A DNA stretch of 64,000 nucleotides, from assembly GCA_937625935.1 (NCBI GenBank), contig OW569350.1, positions 591,397-655,396 on the forward strand, in the 5' to 3' direction. Below, piece after piece: positions 21,801 through 34,510 of the stretch. The notes under the pieces were generated by a model, which saw only the letters and a program-made list of their open reading frames with translations, searched no databases and was not told where the DNA came from. The number at the start of each line of letters is the position of its first letter. Within the stretch, counting starts at the first letter, position 1. Position numbers and translations under genes: made by a program. Source of the stretch: Tetramitus jugosus (taxonomy: Eukaryota > Protista > Heterolobosea).

Positions 21801-24728
21801 TTATCTGTGAATAAGAACTCGAGTAGTTTGATTTTTAAACTCGAGAGAACTTGATGAGGTATCTGACCGCTTGGATATTCTTCACCATTAAACAATTTGT
21901 TCAAATATTCGAATAACATATTTTTCATCCGATCGAATGTCGAGATTTCTGTTTGAGGGAGGACTTTCTCTTCATCAGTCTCATCTACGCTCTCCTCTCT
22001 TCTTTTTAGTTTGAATACAATCCGAAGCAGGATCTTCAATGGTGATAAGTAATCCTTCTTAGCCCGATTCATTATGTACACATACGCTTTATACATTTTG
22101 TGCCTTAAACAGCGCACCAGCAAATCGTTAATGTTTCTATAGGGTTCAACATTAATATTAATTAAACACTCTTCTAGACGTCTGAAATCCTTCTTCTGAG
22201 TGCATACAGCTACAAGTTCGCTCGTGAAATCTTCTGGCAATTTGCGGAGTCTGCCACAAACCACTAAGTTTTCAACAATTCTCAAAAATAATCGTGATTG
22301 TTGACATTCTCTAAATCGTTCGAATATTCCTGTAAATATCAGGTCCTCTCCTTGAATTTCAAGTGCTATTTCTATACAATACAAGGCAACCTCCTCAAAG
22401 AATTTCTCCTTATTGGCTTCGTCGGTAAACGAACTAGACGAGACACTCAATAATTGGGCATCCAAATATTCAATCAAAATTTGACTGATAACTTGTCCCA
22501 CAAGTAATTGCTGATAGAAAGTATCCGTGGGGAGCCCAATCACAGCCAACTCTCGTCCTTGATAAAAATCTAAGGCAAGTTGCAATGTATCCCTCCATGA
22601 CCCAGTTTCGAGCAGAGCGTCAATTCGCTGCTTCCAACTCAGGACTTTCACTGACACAATCTGTTTTGATCCGAGAAGAAAAAGCATGCCCGCATTCTCT
22701 TCATAGGAATGATGGTAAGACATGATCGGGACTTTGGAAACAGTTGCTTGATCGTTTGATTCAGATTTTTCCTCTATGTCCATGAAGCGAGAATGATGCA
22801 CCATCTCAATCTCTCTCACACTAATAGATTGGACCTTTTGTTGTACAAAGGGATCAGCAACCGTCATTTTAAAAGAGGAGTCAACAAATGCTAGCACCCG
22901 TTCTTCTAACCAGCACAGCCCAATTACATCGTGAGTAACATGCATATAGGACACACGATCCATCTCTAATGTTCTCCTCTCCTTATATATATAAAATTGA
23001 AATAGATTAATAATGTTTCCCCAACCGACTGCCAAGTGAGGATTTCTTCCTTTTACCTCCATCACCTCATTGTCTTCCTGTGGAACATACAAAGGAAGAG
23101 AAACACGTCTCCATGCTAAGTAAGGCACACTCGTAGGTCCTGCTTCAGTCGGCTTCGTGAGACGGTATAGAATTTGAAAGGTGGGAGCTGAACTGAGATT
23201 GACGATGAGCACTTGAGAATCAGTTGCCACTGCAATAAGCATGAACACATTCGTTGGATGAGGAGCTAAACCGGCTCCCAGAACATTGACATGACGAATC
23301 GGTCCAAATTTTGCTTTTGGGCCAAGTACAAGCCTCACATCGGAAGAATACCCAAACAATGCCTTGCTCACTGTGACCATAAATAGCACGCTATGGCAGC
23401 TCACAACAAACTGCATCTTATCATGCAAAAAACACACATTATCAATACTGTATGAAGGCAGTGACTTAATTTTGGAGGAGGATTCTGAGAGAAGTCCTGC
23501 AATCGTGAAACGCTTAAGCACAGATTTGGTTCTAGTGTCCCATAGAACCACTTGACCTCTTTCGTAACCACTTAAAATGAAATCACCAGATGGTGTGATA
23601 TCCAAGCTAGTCACAGAATTACACTGATTCATATCCTTGTACTGTTTACCACTCTCATCTAAACATTGTATTAGAATCACAAAATCAAAGCAGAGCATCA
23701 AAGGACAATAATCTCTCATGATACATACCGAGTCGTAATTGCGACACCTTACGGTCTTGTCTTCCAAACAACAAAACAATTCCATGAGAGGTACCAATCG
23801 CATAATAGGCAGGACAAATTCGAAATGCACGAGCACGTCCCTTCTCTGTTCTATTAGTCTTTGCGCTCAAATAATCGCTCAGCTGTTTTAACACTTCTTG
23901 CTCGACAAAGTGAGATCTCACACTCTGAATATGCTTTGCGCGCTTCTCTTCTTCATCCATATCGCTCACTTCGCTGTTTAATTGATCAGATAAATGTGAT
24001 AAATCAGTCATACTTGCTCCCCGTTCCAAATATTGTCTTGTTTCTTGACTAGAAAACAAATCGGCAGGAACTGAAGACGCAGAAGATGGCGAATGTATCG
24101 TTGGTGAGGCGACTCGCTTCGCAGACCGCAACAACCGATCAATATCATCAATTGCTTGTTGATCGACCTCCATCTCTTCTTCCTCCTGTTGCTGTACAAT
24201 ATCATAATGATAGTCATCTTGGTTGTTTCGCATTTTTCGCTGCACCTCTTCTCTTTCTAACCGTTCTCTCTCTTCTCTTTCTTCCTTCTCCAATTTTCTT
24301 CGCTTATTCTCCAATTCAACTTGTTCTGCCTCGTGTCGCAACCTCTTCTCTTCTTCTTCTCTCTTGCGTTTCGTCAAATAATCTTCAATTTCTCGCCTTC
24401 GATCATCATAATGCAATTCTTGCAACACTTCATCCACCAACAATGCATCACTACTATTCGTCTTATAAAATTGAGCACTGGCCAATGTTGATTGATCCAT
24501 CAGTGCATCAAAACAATTTTTTGTCAAGAGTGATGATGGTGAATAAGGAGATTCGAGTGATTGCGCAGTTGATGATGTGAATGCATTGCTATTGCTATTG
24601 TTGTTGTTGTTGTTGATGATGATGCTCTCATCAATCAAATAATCACCAATATTGAAATCATTGACAGACGCCAATATGCTCTGCAGTAGTTGTTCATTTA
24701 GTGTGTCGTCGTCCTCGTCACCACCCAT
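18890..24728 (-). CDS. VPS8: Vps8 (CORVET subunit); intron 23659-23728
   Basis: AIGTSHG and beta-propeller, W..AL.LA..Y.G..VIGL motif, clathrin-repeat solenoid, C-terminal RING (C..C, CGH.FH..C, CPIC); GTATGT..TAG intron fuses the two ORFs in frame. Confidence 0.88.
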
Positions 24729-24931
24729 TTTTTGATTTTATGTTGTTGGATCAGGTTGACGATGATGATCGAGTGAATTTTGTTGTTGTTCTTCTGTTCT
24801 GTTCTGTTTGTTTTCTTTCGTTTTGATTTTTGGAGGAAGATTTTGCAAGAAGCTTTTTCGACTGTTCAAAAAGGGAGGAAGAGACGATGACGTGTGGATC
24901 ACAAAAGAACGAGCTTATGGTGGTGTCTGTT

Positions 24932-26340
24932 TTATTCCTTGGCAGCCAACTTGGCTGCTTCTTCATTCACAACCTTCATGAGCTTGTCTGCACTCTCTGC
25001 CTTTTGGAATCGAATCAAGAATGTACTAATGTGAGACTCTCCCTTCTCATCTGTCACGTTTGCATTCAACAATGCACTCTTGTCTCCACGCTTGGTACAC
25101 TTCATTCCTGGGAAGACCATTGAATTCAAAATTACACTCAAAACATTCTCCTTTCTCATGATCAATCGAGCCTTTGATCCATCCTTTTGAACATTGACCT
25201 TCAAAACTCCTATTCCACGTTCCTTCCAGTCAATCACACTCTTTTCACCTTCTCCGTTCTTTATCATTTCAAATAGTTTGCCAGTTTCTTGATACAGAGT
25301 TTGTTCTTCTTCCTCACCAGTCTTCACAGGCTCATCAGAGAATTTGACATCACGAGCAACGAAATCTCCCACAACTTCACTCTCTTCAGTGGCACCCAAA
25401 TCTTCTTCTTTTGGCTTGGAGTCACTGCCCCATGTTGGTACTTCTGTTTGACTGAATGAAGTGAAAGCGGATCCACCTTCCAAATTCAATGAAGATTGAC
25501 TGAAATCAAAGCTAAATGCCGGTGTTCCAGTAGCTGACGTTCCAAATGAGAAGGCAAATGGTGATTTTTGTTGTTCGGTAGTCTTCTTCTCCTCTTCAGC
25601 AGTGGTAGTAGTGGCGGTAGTGGTTGTAGTGGATCCTTCATCACTCTTGGCAGTCGTGTCAGCAGTGGCAACAGCTGGTGTTTCGAATGAAAACTTGAAA
25701 TCAGGTGATCCGTTGAATTGGAATCCACCTGATGATGCTGCTGCTGCTGCTGCTTCTGTTGGCTTGTCTGTGGTAGTAGTTGTTGGTGCTCCGAATGAGA
25801 ATGGAATAGAAGTAGTGGTGGTGGTAGTAGTAGTTGAAGCATCAGATGATCCCCATGTGAATCCACTAGCAGGTGCCTCAGAAGTTGTTGCTCCTTCATC
25901 AGTTGTTGATGTTGTTGTGGATCCGAATGAGAATGGAATCACTGGTGATGCTTCAGGTGTGGATGCGTCAGAAGAAGAAGTGACATGAGGCTTCTTTCTC
26001 TTGACCTTGAATATTCTGTAGAGTTGCATCGTTCAACATCAAGTTCAGTTAACATTCACACAGGCACACAATGGTTTTCGAACGGAATATGATACAAAAA
26101 GGAATAAGTGGTCAGCACATGAAATTTTCTTGCAAATGATAATCCAACATCACACACACACACACACATATTACTGGAATTGTGATATCATTGGTTGATT
26201 GATGAATATGATTATTACCTTCTCTTCGCTAATTCTTCTCCGTCGGCAGTTGGCATTTCACCAACATAATTCTTCTCGTTGTATTCCTCTTCTGGTTCCT
26301 GGTCTTTTGTGAGTTCTGATTCTGCTGATCTCTTGCTCAT
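24932..26340 (-). CDS. NUP50: Nup50/Nup2-like nucleoporin; intron 26016-26218
   Basis: Exon 1 MSKRSAESELTKD..EELAKR|RIFKVKRK (Nup50 N-terminal motif), FSFG repeats, RanBD (WKERGIGVLK..RLIMR). Confidence 0.85.
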
Positions 26341-26559
26341 TTTGTGTATACGTCGTTCGCTATTGTCGTCGTGTGTAACTTTTTTCAGTGTGTGATGATC
26401 GTTTCAAAGTTCAACAATTTTTATTGAGCGCTCCAAATCTGTAATTTTCTCCGAAATCAAATCGGAAGAACCAGGCAAAAATTTTTCATGCTTGTCTGTG
26501 TGATGTGGGAACAAAAACAATTCACGCAGCAACAACAACAAGCTTAATTCAACAGAACA

Positions 26560-26901
26560 ATGGTCATCGCAAAGAGTTCATCATCCAAGAGAGCCAACAT
26601 CAACCCAACAACTGAAGGCTTCACTGTTCCATCCACTGGTCCAGCAGCAGTCAACACCAAAATTGATAATTTGAACTTTACGTCATCATCATCGTCCAGC
26701 ACACCAAAGATTGACCCTTTCAGTCATAGTCACCTCAATGTCTCTAAAAAAACATTCTCTGGTGCCAAGTGGATCGGAGCCGGACTTTTTGCTGTTGTTT
26801 TCTCCGTTTATGGATTTACGATGCATCAATTGTCGCAAGAAGATTTTAGTGATATTACCATACCAGAGTCGATCAAGCAACAGAGACAAAAGGAAGAGTA
26901 A
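26560..26901 (+). CDS. COA3: Cytochrome c oxidase assembly factor Coa3/CCDC56-like
   Basis: Single TM followed by Y.FTMHQLSQEDFSD. Confidence 0.65.
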   Translation: MVIAKSSSSKRANINPTTEGFTVPSTGPAAVNTKIDNLNFTSSSSSSTPKIDPFSHSHLNVSKKTFSGAKWIGAGLFAVVFSVYGFTMHQLSQEDFSDITIPESIKQQRQKEE

Positions 26902-27336
26902 GCTAACTACCTACACTCATGTTATGGTTGAGTGAAAAAAAAACGGTGCATGAGTGTGTAAAGTAAGTACGTGGAGAGAAAAACAACAACAGAAAGGGGA
27001 ATCGACGATAGAATGTATGATGAGTAGAGTGGGGTGGCCGTTGTTTGATGATGCGATCAGATTTTTATTATAAAGCTCTCTACAACTGTTTGTCGCTTAG
27101 CGTATACAACGTGCGCTCAATTTTGTACCCATTTTTGCTATTGTAGATATATATAAGAACAACAGTTAAAACACATAAATTCATTTTTCTTTGATTCAAA
27201 TCACTTTGTGGTTCAGTTTATTTCTTTGTATTGGGTTCATCCTTGCAAGATGAAATCTTCTCTCAGGAGTGGTTGTGAATAACCAAAATGCCCAATTCTG
27301 AAAAATCAGAACAAACAAACACTTCACAGAAAAAAA

Positions 27337-29391
27337 ATGATACCATCCACACCTCCATCATCACGATCCGGTTTCATCCCAGACGAAACAGAAGAAGAAG
27401 AGGAAGACGACGAGCAAGAATACAGTACATCCAGTGCCAACAGCAGCGGCACAACAAACTCTGACAATGATGACACTGATCAGGATGATGATGATGATGA
27501 CAGTCAAGAAGAAGAAGATGATGATGATAATAATGACAGCAGTGAAAATCATGATTCGAACAAGATGATGAAAACACCAACAATGAACAAGAAACAAAAT
27601 CCACCATCAATGATTGGCACTACAACTACATTGAGACACACTGCTCTCTTGAACAATAATAATAATAGAAATAATACTAGCAATAATAACAATAATAATC
27701 ATAATGAGAAGAAGAAAAATGAGGATGATGGTGGTGATGAACATTCGGGTTACATTTCATCTCCCCATACGAGCAACAGTATCACTCCGATTGCAACGCC
27801 TATTCATTTGCGTCGAAGAGTTTCTTCCTTTTATGATCAACAACCAGAGTCATCATCATCATCGTCGACAAGAAATCAACAAAAGGATCACAATGAACAA
27901 AATTTACCAACAAAAAACAAGAAGCATAGAGTATCGGATGCATTATTGACAGAGTATCGAAATGCACTCATGCAAGAGAGATCTCAGAGATTGATGCTAC
28001 AGGATTTGTGTTATCGTCAATTGAAACGATTGGAAAAGATGAAGGGAGAAGCAAAATCAAAGCACGAAGCTCTATTGGAAGTAGCGATGCGTAACATGTC
28101 ACTCGAAGAAGAGTTGGACAAGTTGAGAAAGGATGCTACGACTACTCCTCGCTCTCCTCACGGTACCAATAATAGTGGTATGATGATGACGAATGAGAAC
28201 AGTAGTGAATCATCTTCTGGTGCGAGTCAAGTCAAGAAACCTCAAATATTTATGAAGATGCTTGGATTGAACAAATCGTCAAGCAAGAGCAATCCAACAG
28301 TGCAGTCTCATCAACATCAGAGACAAAATATGACAAACACTGGTGGTGGAGCATCAATGAATGAAAGTGGTCATAGCTATGGAGTTGCAACGGATGAGCA
28401 GACATCACCAGATACTAGCTCATTCAACTCTCCTATGCCTGCTAGTTATAGTGGCGCTCAGTCGACGAACAACTCTACATTAGATGATGAAGAAGTAGCA
28501 AGAGGTGAGTTGACAGTAGGAAGTGGGGTTGGTGGTGGATTTTCAATGCTCATGTCTTCCTTCAAGGAGAAGAGTGGAATTGATAAGGTGCCTAAAAAGT
28601 CTGGCAAGAATCAACAGCAACTCACCCAACAACAAGAAAAATCCATTGCAAAATTGGAGAGACAACTGGCTGAGTTACAGAATAAGGACGAAGAGACAGA
28701 ACAACGATTAAAAGCGAACGAAGAAGTGATCAGTTACCTGAAATCACAACACAGAGTAACGAGAGACCTTCTAGAAGGAACAAAGGGTAAACTGTCAAAA
28801 TCATTGCGCCAATGTAAATTATTGAATAAGGAGAGAAGTAGATTGAATGAAGAAGTGGAACAGTTAAAGTCACAACTTTCAGACAACATGAACAAGCTTG
28901 AGAAATGGCAAGAGCTGTTACAAATTACTGAGGCAGAGGCAAAACAACTGAGAGAGCAAACAGTTCCAACAATGCAACAACAGATTACTGAGTTGAAAGA
29001 CGATGTGAATACTAAGAACTTGACAATTTCGCAGTTGAGTGATAAGTTGGTTCGCCTTAAAGATCAACTCAATACTGTTCGATTGCAATTACGGAAGTTT
29101 GCAGTGAGTCGCTGCCATAAGTTCAAACCAAAGACTGACGCTACAATAGTACTTCACAAAAATCCAATGAACAATGTGTTTATGATTGACATATTGGAGG
29201 GATCAAAGAATCAAAAGCTTCTTTACTCTTACCCTATGAATATGATCAGTGATGTGCAACTGACAGATAAGAGGAATAGATTTTGCATCACGTTTTCCAA
29301 TAATATAACGGAGTGGTTTGAATCTGTGAACTGCAACGATGTGGTGGACAATCTCAGAGAGTTTATGATAATTGTTGGAGCGGAGCAGTAA
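27337..29391 (+). CDS. Coiled-coil protein with acidic/Asn-rich N-terminus and PH-like C-terminal domain
   Basis: 684-aa open ORF; long heptad runs; beta-rich C-terminus ending in a helix. Confidence 0.7.
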   Translation: MIPSTPPSSRSGFIPDETEEEEEDDEQEYSTSSANSSGTTNSDNDDTDQDDDDDDSQEEEDDDDNNDSSENHDSNKMMKTPTMNKKQNPPSMIGTTTTLRHTALLNNNNNRNNTSNNNNNNHNEKKKNEDDGGDEHSGYISSPHTSNSITPIATPIHLRRRVSSFYDQQPESSSSSSTRNQQKDHNEQNLPTKNKKHRVSDALLTEYRNALMQERSQRLMLQDLCYRQLKRLEKMKGEAKSKHEALLEVAMRNMSLEEELDKLRKDATTTPRSPHGTNNSGMMMTNENSSESSSGASQVKKPQIFMKMLGLNKSSSKSNPTVQSHQHQRQNMTNTGGGASMNESGHSYGVATDEQTSPDTSSFNSPMPASYSGAQSTNNSTLDDEEVARGELTVGSGVGGGFSMLMSSFKEKSGIDKVPKKSGKNQQQLTQQQEKSIAKLERQLAELQNKDEETEQRLKANEEVISYLKSQHRVTRDLLEGTKGKLSKSLRQCKLLNKERSRLNEEVEQLKSQLSDNMNKLEKWQELLQITEAEAKQLREQTVPTMQQQITELKDDVNTKNLTISQLSDKLVRLKDQLNTVRLQLRKFAVSRCHKFKPKTDATIVLHKNPMNNVFMIDILEGSKNQKLLYSYPMNMISDVQLTDKRNRFCITFSNNITEWFESVNCNDVVDNLREFMIIVGAEQ

Positions 29392-29466
29392 CCGAGAAGC
29401 AAATACTAATACAACACTAATTTATTTTTCATCTCCACTTGATCATTCTCCTGAGTGTTTGGATCT

Positions 29467-32444
29467 CTAAAATGATAGAGCTCTCACTACTTCCTTCAAC
29501 CTCTTACTCATATCATCATTCTGAGGATAGCTCAATTCGGCTGCCTGCTTGTTCACATCATCCAACTTCTGCTTGACTTGCTTTTCAAGTTTTTCCAGGT
29601 TGATGGTATCTCTTGTATCGAGATTCTGAAGCTTCTCCTTAAATGACTCTTGGAGCAGATCGACTTTGGTCATTAATTCGGAATGCTTTGCCAATTGAGA
29701 TGATATTTCCTTTTGAAACTTGTTATATGAATCCTTCATTCTTTTGGCTTGTGATGAGATGTTGGACTTGACTTGTTCCATTTTCTCGAGGTAGTTCTTG
29801 TACAGATCAGCTCGGTCTCTATCACTACAGGCAGCTAGTTCAGTCATCTTTTCATCCATGAACTCGATGACTCCTCTTTTTAGAGTTTCAATTTTCCTCC
29901 TCTTAGTTTCCATCTTCTTCTTGATTGCCGATTGCATGATGGTCATGACTCCCTGCAAAAGTTCACCTTCGTCTCCAAATTCTGAAAAGTTTGGAAAGTC
30001 AAGTGCTGGTGGAGGTGTTGACGAGATAACTTGTGAAGGATCGGATTCATCATCATTCTCTTCATCAGAGTCTACAACAGCATCTGTGATCGGTCGTTTC
30101 TTTCCTCGTCGACCTGGAGACACCTTATCGGAGAATACATGCTTTTTGATGGTGTCTGTTAGATCAAAATCGTCGAATGTTGTGTCGAGTTCACTCGTCT
30201 CAGTAAAGAGCCTTCTAGGTTTCAGTTTTGGTGCTGGCAAGATTGGTTTAGTAAATGGAGAAGGAGGTTTGGTAACATTCACAATCGATTGGAAGTTTTG
30301 CATGACGGGAGCTAATTCGTCTTCAGGACTCTCTGGTTCTTCGTCCAAAACCTTCTCTAGTTCTTCTCCAGCCAATTGCTCAGGGGTTTTTGAAATTTCA
30401 CCTCTCTTCTTTGCAGGTGGTTTGGCCTTTGCCTTGGTAGACTTGTTCACCTTCTTGGGAATAGTTTTTGCTTTGTTCTTGTCAGGCTTTGGAGTATTCA
30501 CTTCTTCTACTTCTTCTGGTTGATTAACTTCTTTTGACTTCTTGTTCCTGGTTGTGGTTCTAGTGGTTCTCTGGACTTTAGGTTTCGCTTGTTTCTTGTT
30601 TGTGGATTTAGGTTTAACTTTCTCCTCATCTAGCTGGTCTTCACCCATTTGAGCATCCGACTCCTCAACTTCTTTTTGTTCTTCAAACTGTAGTTCAGCA
30701 ATTTCATCTGATGGTTCTTTTGCTTCCAATAGCGATACACTACTCAACACATCAGGAACTGCTCCATCGTTATCTTTCTTGACCGAGAACGTTCTTAATG
30801 CGGGTGATGTCGAAACCTTGGGAGCAGGAGGAAGAGGAGGTTCATCTTGTTGTTCCAATTCTTCTCTGAACTTTTGTTTCTCTCGTTCTGCTTGGATTGT
30901 GGGAGCAACATACTTCTTAATAGTCAACAATTCTACAACAAACACACATTAGCGACGTTCTTTGATGAATAAACACATTGTGAAATACAAACCCTCTTTG
31001 GTTAATGAGATGGAGATCCATTGCTCATCGTCGTCGGCCCTGTATTCATCCTCAAGTCCTTCCAAGTCATCATTGCATTGAAGGAGGAGGGCACCAGAGG
31101 TATAGGAGAGCTTCATCGCTCTAATATTTTGGTAATCAATGGATAGTATTTCATTCTTTTTTTCTCCTGGATAATGGATGTAGAACGAGATACATTTGAC
31201 TCCAAAATCCACGAACTCCTTTTGCTTGAACTCTTGGACGTACTTTCCAATCACAACTTTCTTCGTTTGTAGTGTTGTGACCATTCGAGGGCATATTCTA
31301 CTCTTGTCTGTCAGATCATTGAACGTGTTGACAAATAATCTCAGGTCGTTCAGAAAGCCTGAGTCACCCTTGATTGATCGGAAGAGAGTTGAGATCTTTT
31401 GGTATACTTCTCTGTTCTTGGAAGGTTGGAGAAAGTCGAATATTTTCAATAGCACAGATTCAGGCATTTTGTTCCACATGTTGATCCTGGATAGTATTTC
31501 TGTGAGAGTGGCTTGCAATCCATAATCACCCGCTGTGATCAAACTCGAAGCCAGTTGACTCAACAGTTGAATGCTTGGCTCATCCACTGACGGCGCGGAC
31601 TGAGAGGAGGATTGTTGTTGATTCTGTTGAGTATTGTACAAGATCATTTTGTTGCTATCACAACTTCTGATCAGTTCAGTTACGTTCTCTCCTGCTTGCC
31701 TCCTAATATTGACATCATAGTGAGTGCAATGAATGACTCTTACAAAAGCTTTCATAAACTTTTGGCCCATCAGAGCCTTTCCACTTTCAGCAGTGAAACA
31801 CAACGAGTGCAGAGTACTGAGAAAGTTGCTGAACATTCTCTCCCATCTCACTCTCATGCGAGCTTCTTGCAAAAAGTTTCTCTCATTTTCAGAACCAGTG
31901 CTACTACCAGTTTGTTCGTCCTCTGTATGAGAGCAGTTGTTGGCATCGAGAGAGTTAAATGGCTTGTGGGTGTCGAACCACTTTTCAAACGATAGGAAAA
32001 TCTTGTGGAGTATGCTAGCAGCAGTTGATTGATGGAGTAGCACCTTGACCGAAGATTCATAATCACTGAGATTGATGATTAGCTTAAACAGAACTTTAAA
32101 ATTTTCCAAGCAGCAAATGATAGTTCTCTCTTGTTCTTTCTTGTTCGAGCTTGTAGTGGCTTTATTGGAGTCTTGATGGTGGAGAGCTTGTTGTTGAGCA
32201 GCCAGAATGGACAGAATTTTTTGAGCTACTTGTGCATTGAAGTGAGCTTTAGCATCTTTCTCTTCAATAAGTTTGTTGTGAGTGTAGAAGAGCTCTAGAT
32301 TGGCACATAGCTTATTCTCTGGAGAATTGAACACGTCCTTTATCTTTTTGGTGTTGATATGTCAGGGATGATGATTAGGATTTGGGTTGTGAAAGAAAAA
32401 GCCATGTTAGTGTATCTTACCTCTATTTTGCTTGTACTCGACAT
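29467..32444 (-). CDS. SYCP2/Red1/ASY3-like meiotic chromosome axis protein; introns 32344-32420 and 30933-30992
   Basis: AGDYGLQATLTEILSR and EFVDFG...ISFYI resemble the SYCP2 ARM-like and Spt16M-like domains; disordered middle; Cor1/SYCP3-like coiled coil; both GT-AG introns keep frame. Confidence 0.7.
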
Positions 32445-32650
32445 TTTTTGTATTGTTTCGGTTGGTTATTTGGTTTTTTCTCATACAAAATCTCTGACAA
32501 ACTGTCTCAAGCTGTAGCGGCGAACTTTTGGCGGTTGTCAAGCGTCCTACTTTACAATTGTTAATTGAACGTTCATTCGCGCCACCGATGACCTCAAGAA
32601 ACGCTTCAGAGAACTACGATCCCTGTCCAAAAAATAAAGTGAAGACAAAA

Positions 32651-33819
32651 ATGGGAAAGAAGAATAAGAACAAGAAAAATTCAACCCGGATCACAGTGGA
32701 TCAACCTCCTGTTCCCGTGGAAGAAATCCCTGAAGAAATTCAGAGTGAGAACCCTGTAGAATTGGTCTCCGTCGAGGAAGTCAGTGAGGAAATAGTGCAC
32801 TCCTCAGAGATTCCTGAAGAGACCATCGAAACTGAACAAGGAATGACCGAGATCGAAAATTCCTCGAACGAGGATGAAGTAACTCCAGAAAACATAGAAG
32901 AGCATTCAGAGAGAAGCTATGAACTTTCGGAGTCTACCTCCCAAGTTGAGGAAACTGTGGATACAGTTGAAGCCATAGTTGAAGTTGAAGCAACTACAAT
33001 CTCTTCTCCTTCTTCTCCCTCTAATCAGCTCGTAACATCGAGAATATCACAATCTCCTTCCACTCTTTTCTCGACAAAGAAGCCCTCTGTTTCACCCATA
33101 CCCCTAGTGTCATAAAGAGTGATGTTAGAACTTTGTTGAAAAGGTTTGATTCACCGCTCGAGGATGTAAAGGCCGCAGAGGACTTGTGCTCTTTATGCTT
33201 GTTCCAGGCCAATCGAACCAATATTCTCGACACAGGAATTATCACCACTCTAGCTCTCTCTTTGAAGACAAAGAGCAATAGATTCAAAGGGATATGTGCT
33301 CGTACACTGCAATTGTTCGCACAAGATGGTGGAGAGGCTTGCCTCCAAATGAAGCGATCGAATCTTTGTAACTCTCTTCTCGAGTTGTTGGCCAAGACTG
33401 ATGATTTAGGAGTTCAAGTACCTGTTGTAGGATTGATATATTGGCTGCTTCAGAATCCCGATTGCAAGAAGGAATTCTTTGACTTGGGCGCTGAAACATA
33501 TTTGAGGGACCTCAACGACAGAGTTCACGATCCAACTCTGGCCAAATATCTAGCATACGCTCTAAATTCTTTTCACACTAAAGTTAAGAGTAGGGAAGAG
33601 CTATTGAACGAAATATTATCAGCTCCAATCAGAACAGATTCATTTGTTGGAGCTCAAAACACCAGCCATGTTGAAAGTTTCAGACCTAGCTTTGAGGTAT
33701 ACGCGACTCCTTCTCCGCGACATTTCTTCAATTTGTTCAAGACTCCAGCCCCATCAACCAACGATTCGAGAACATATGGCTCAGAAGCAAGGCGATTAGA
33801 TTTTTCAATCTCAAACTAA
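32651..33819 (+). CDS. Acidic N-terminus plus ARM-like repeat protein, split by a 1-nt frameshift near 33100
   Basis: Reading continues ..SPIP/SVIKSDVRTLLKRF across a CCCC run; helical ARM-like C-terminal half. Confidence 0.5.
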
Positions 33820-33860
33820 ATGTAACCAGTAAAATTTACATCGAGACAAAACATTCAGGT

Positions 33861-34391
33861 TCATTTCCAAGAATCCAAAATGGAAACTACTCCATCCTTC
33901 ATATTCAATCGAGCAATTTCTCTTGCATCAGTATTGAAATTAGTCTGAGCATTCTTGTCAGCACCTCTGCTCAGCAAATATTTTACAAGTGTTTCATTGC
34001 CATGGCTACATGTTAAATGCAACGGAGTAAACTTGTACTTGTTTGTGACCTCCAATACACCTGGTACACAAGCATCAATCAACTCACCCAAGAATTCAGC
34101 ATCCATACTCTCATTCAGGCAAGCATAATGAATGATCGTGTTGCCTCCATCATCACCAGACGATAACAATTTTTTGCCTTCTTCCGAGACAGCAAAGTAC
34201 CTTTCAATTAGATAGCGGATCAATTGCTTACATGTCTCAAAGGGAATGTTTCTAGTGACGAGCAACTCGTGAACCAAAGTTTTGTCTTGTTTATTTTTCA
34301 AGAGAGCCTGTGATGCGGATAATGAGTGGATATTCTGCTTTATTCTTTCAATATCCTTTCCTTGTCTTATACTCAAGTTCAATTGATCCAT
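33861..34391 (-). CDS. Ankyrin-repeat protein
   Basis: GNTIIHYAC, TPLHLTCSHGNETLVKYLLSRGAD; likely start MDQLNLS. Confidence 0.85.
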   Translation of the reverse strand: MDQLNLSIRQGKDIERIKQNIHSLSASQALLKNKQDKTLVHELLVTRNIPFETCKQLIRYLIERYFAVSEEGKKLLSSGDDGGNTIIHYACLNESMDAEFLGELIDACVPGVLEVTNKYKFTPLHLTCSHGNETLVKYLLSRGADKNAQTNFNTDAREIARLNMKDGVVSILDSWK

Positions 34392-34510
34392 TGTTGTTTG
34401 TTTGTCCTTTCGATCGAAAGAGGAGAAACAAAGATCTTTTCTCCGCGATCCGCAGTTCCTTGAAACAAACTTTCCAAAGATTGAATGACAACAACAATCA
34501 AACAACATTG

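Noticed and set aside
23685-24728. Separate 347-aa gene
   Set aside because: Joined in frame to Vps8 by a canonical 70-nt intron.
26151-26168. (CA)n tract
   Set aside because: Ordinary intronic microsatellite.
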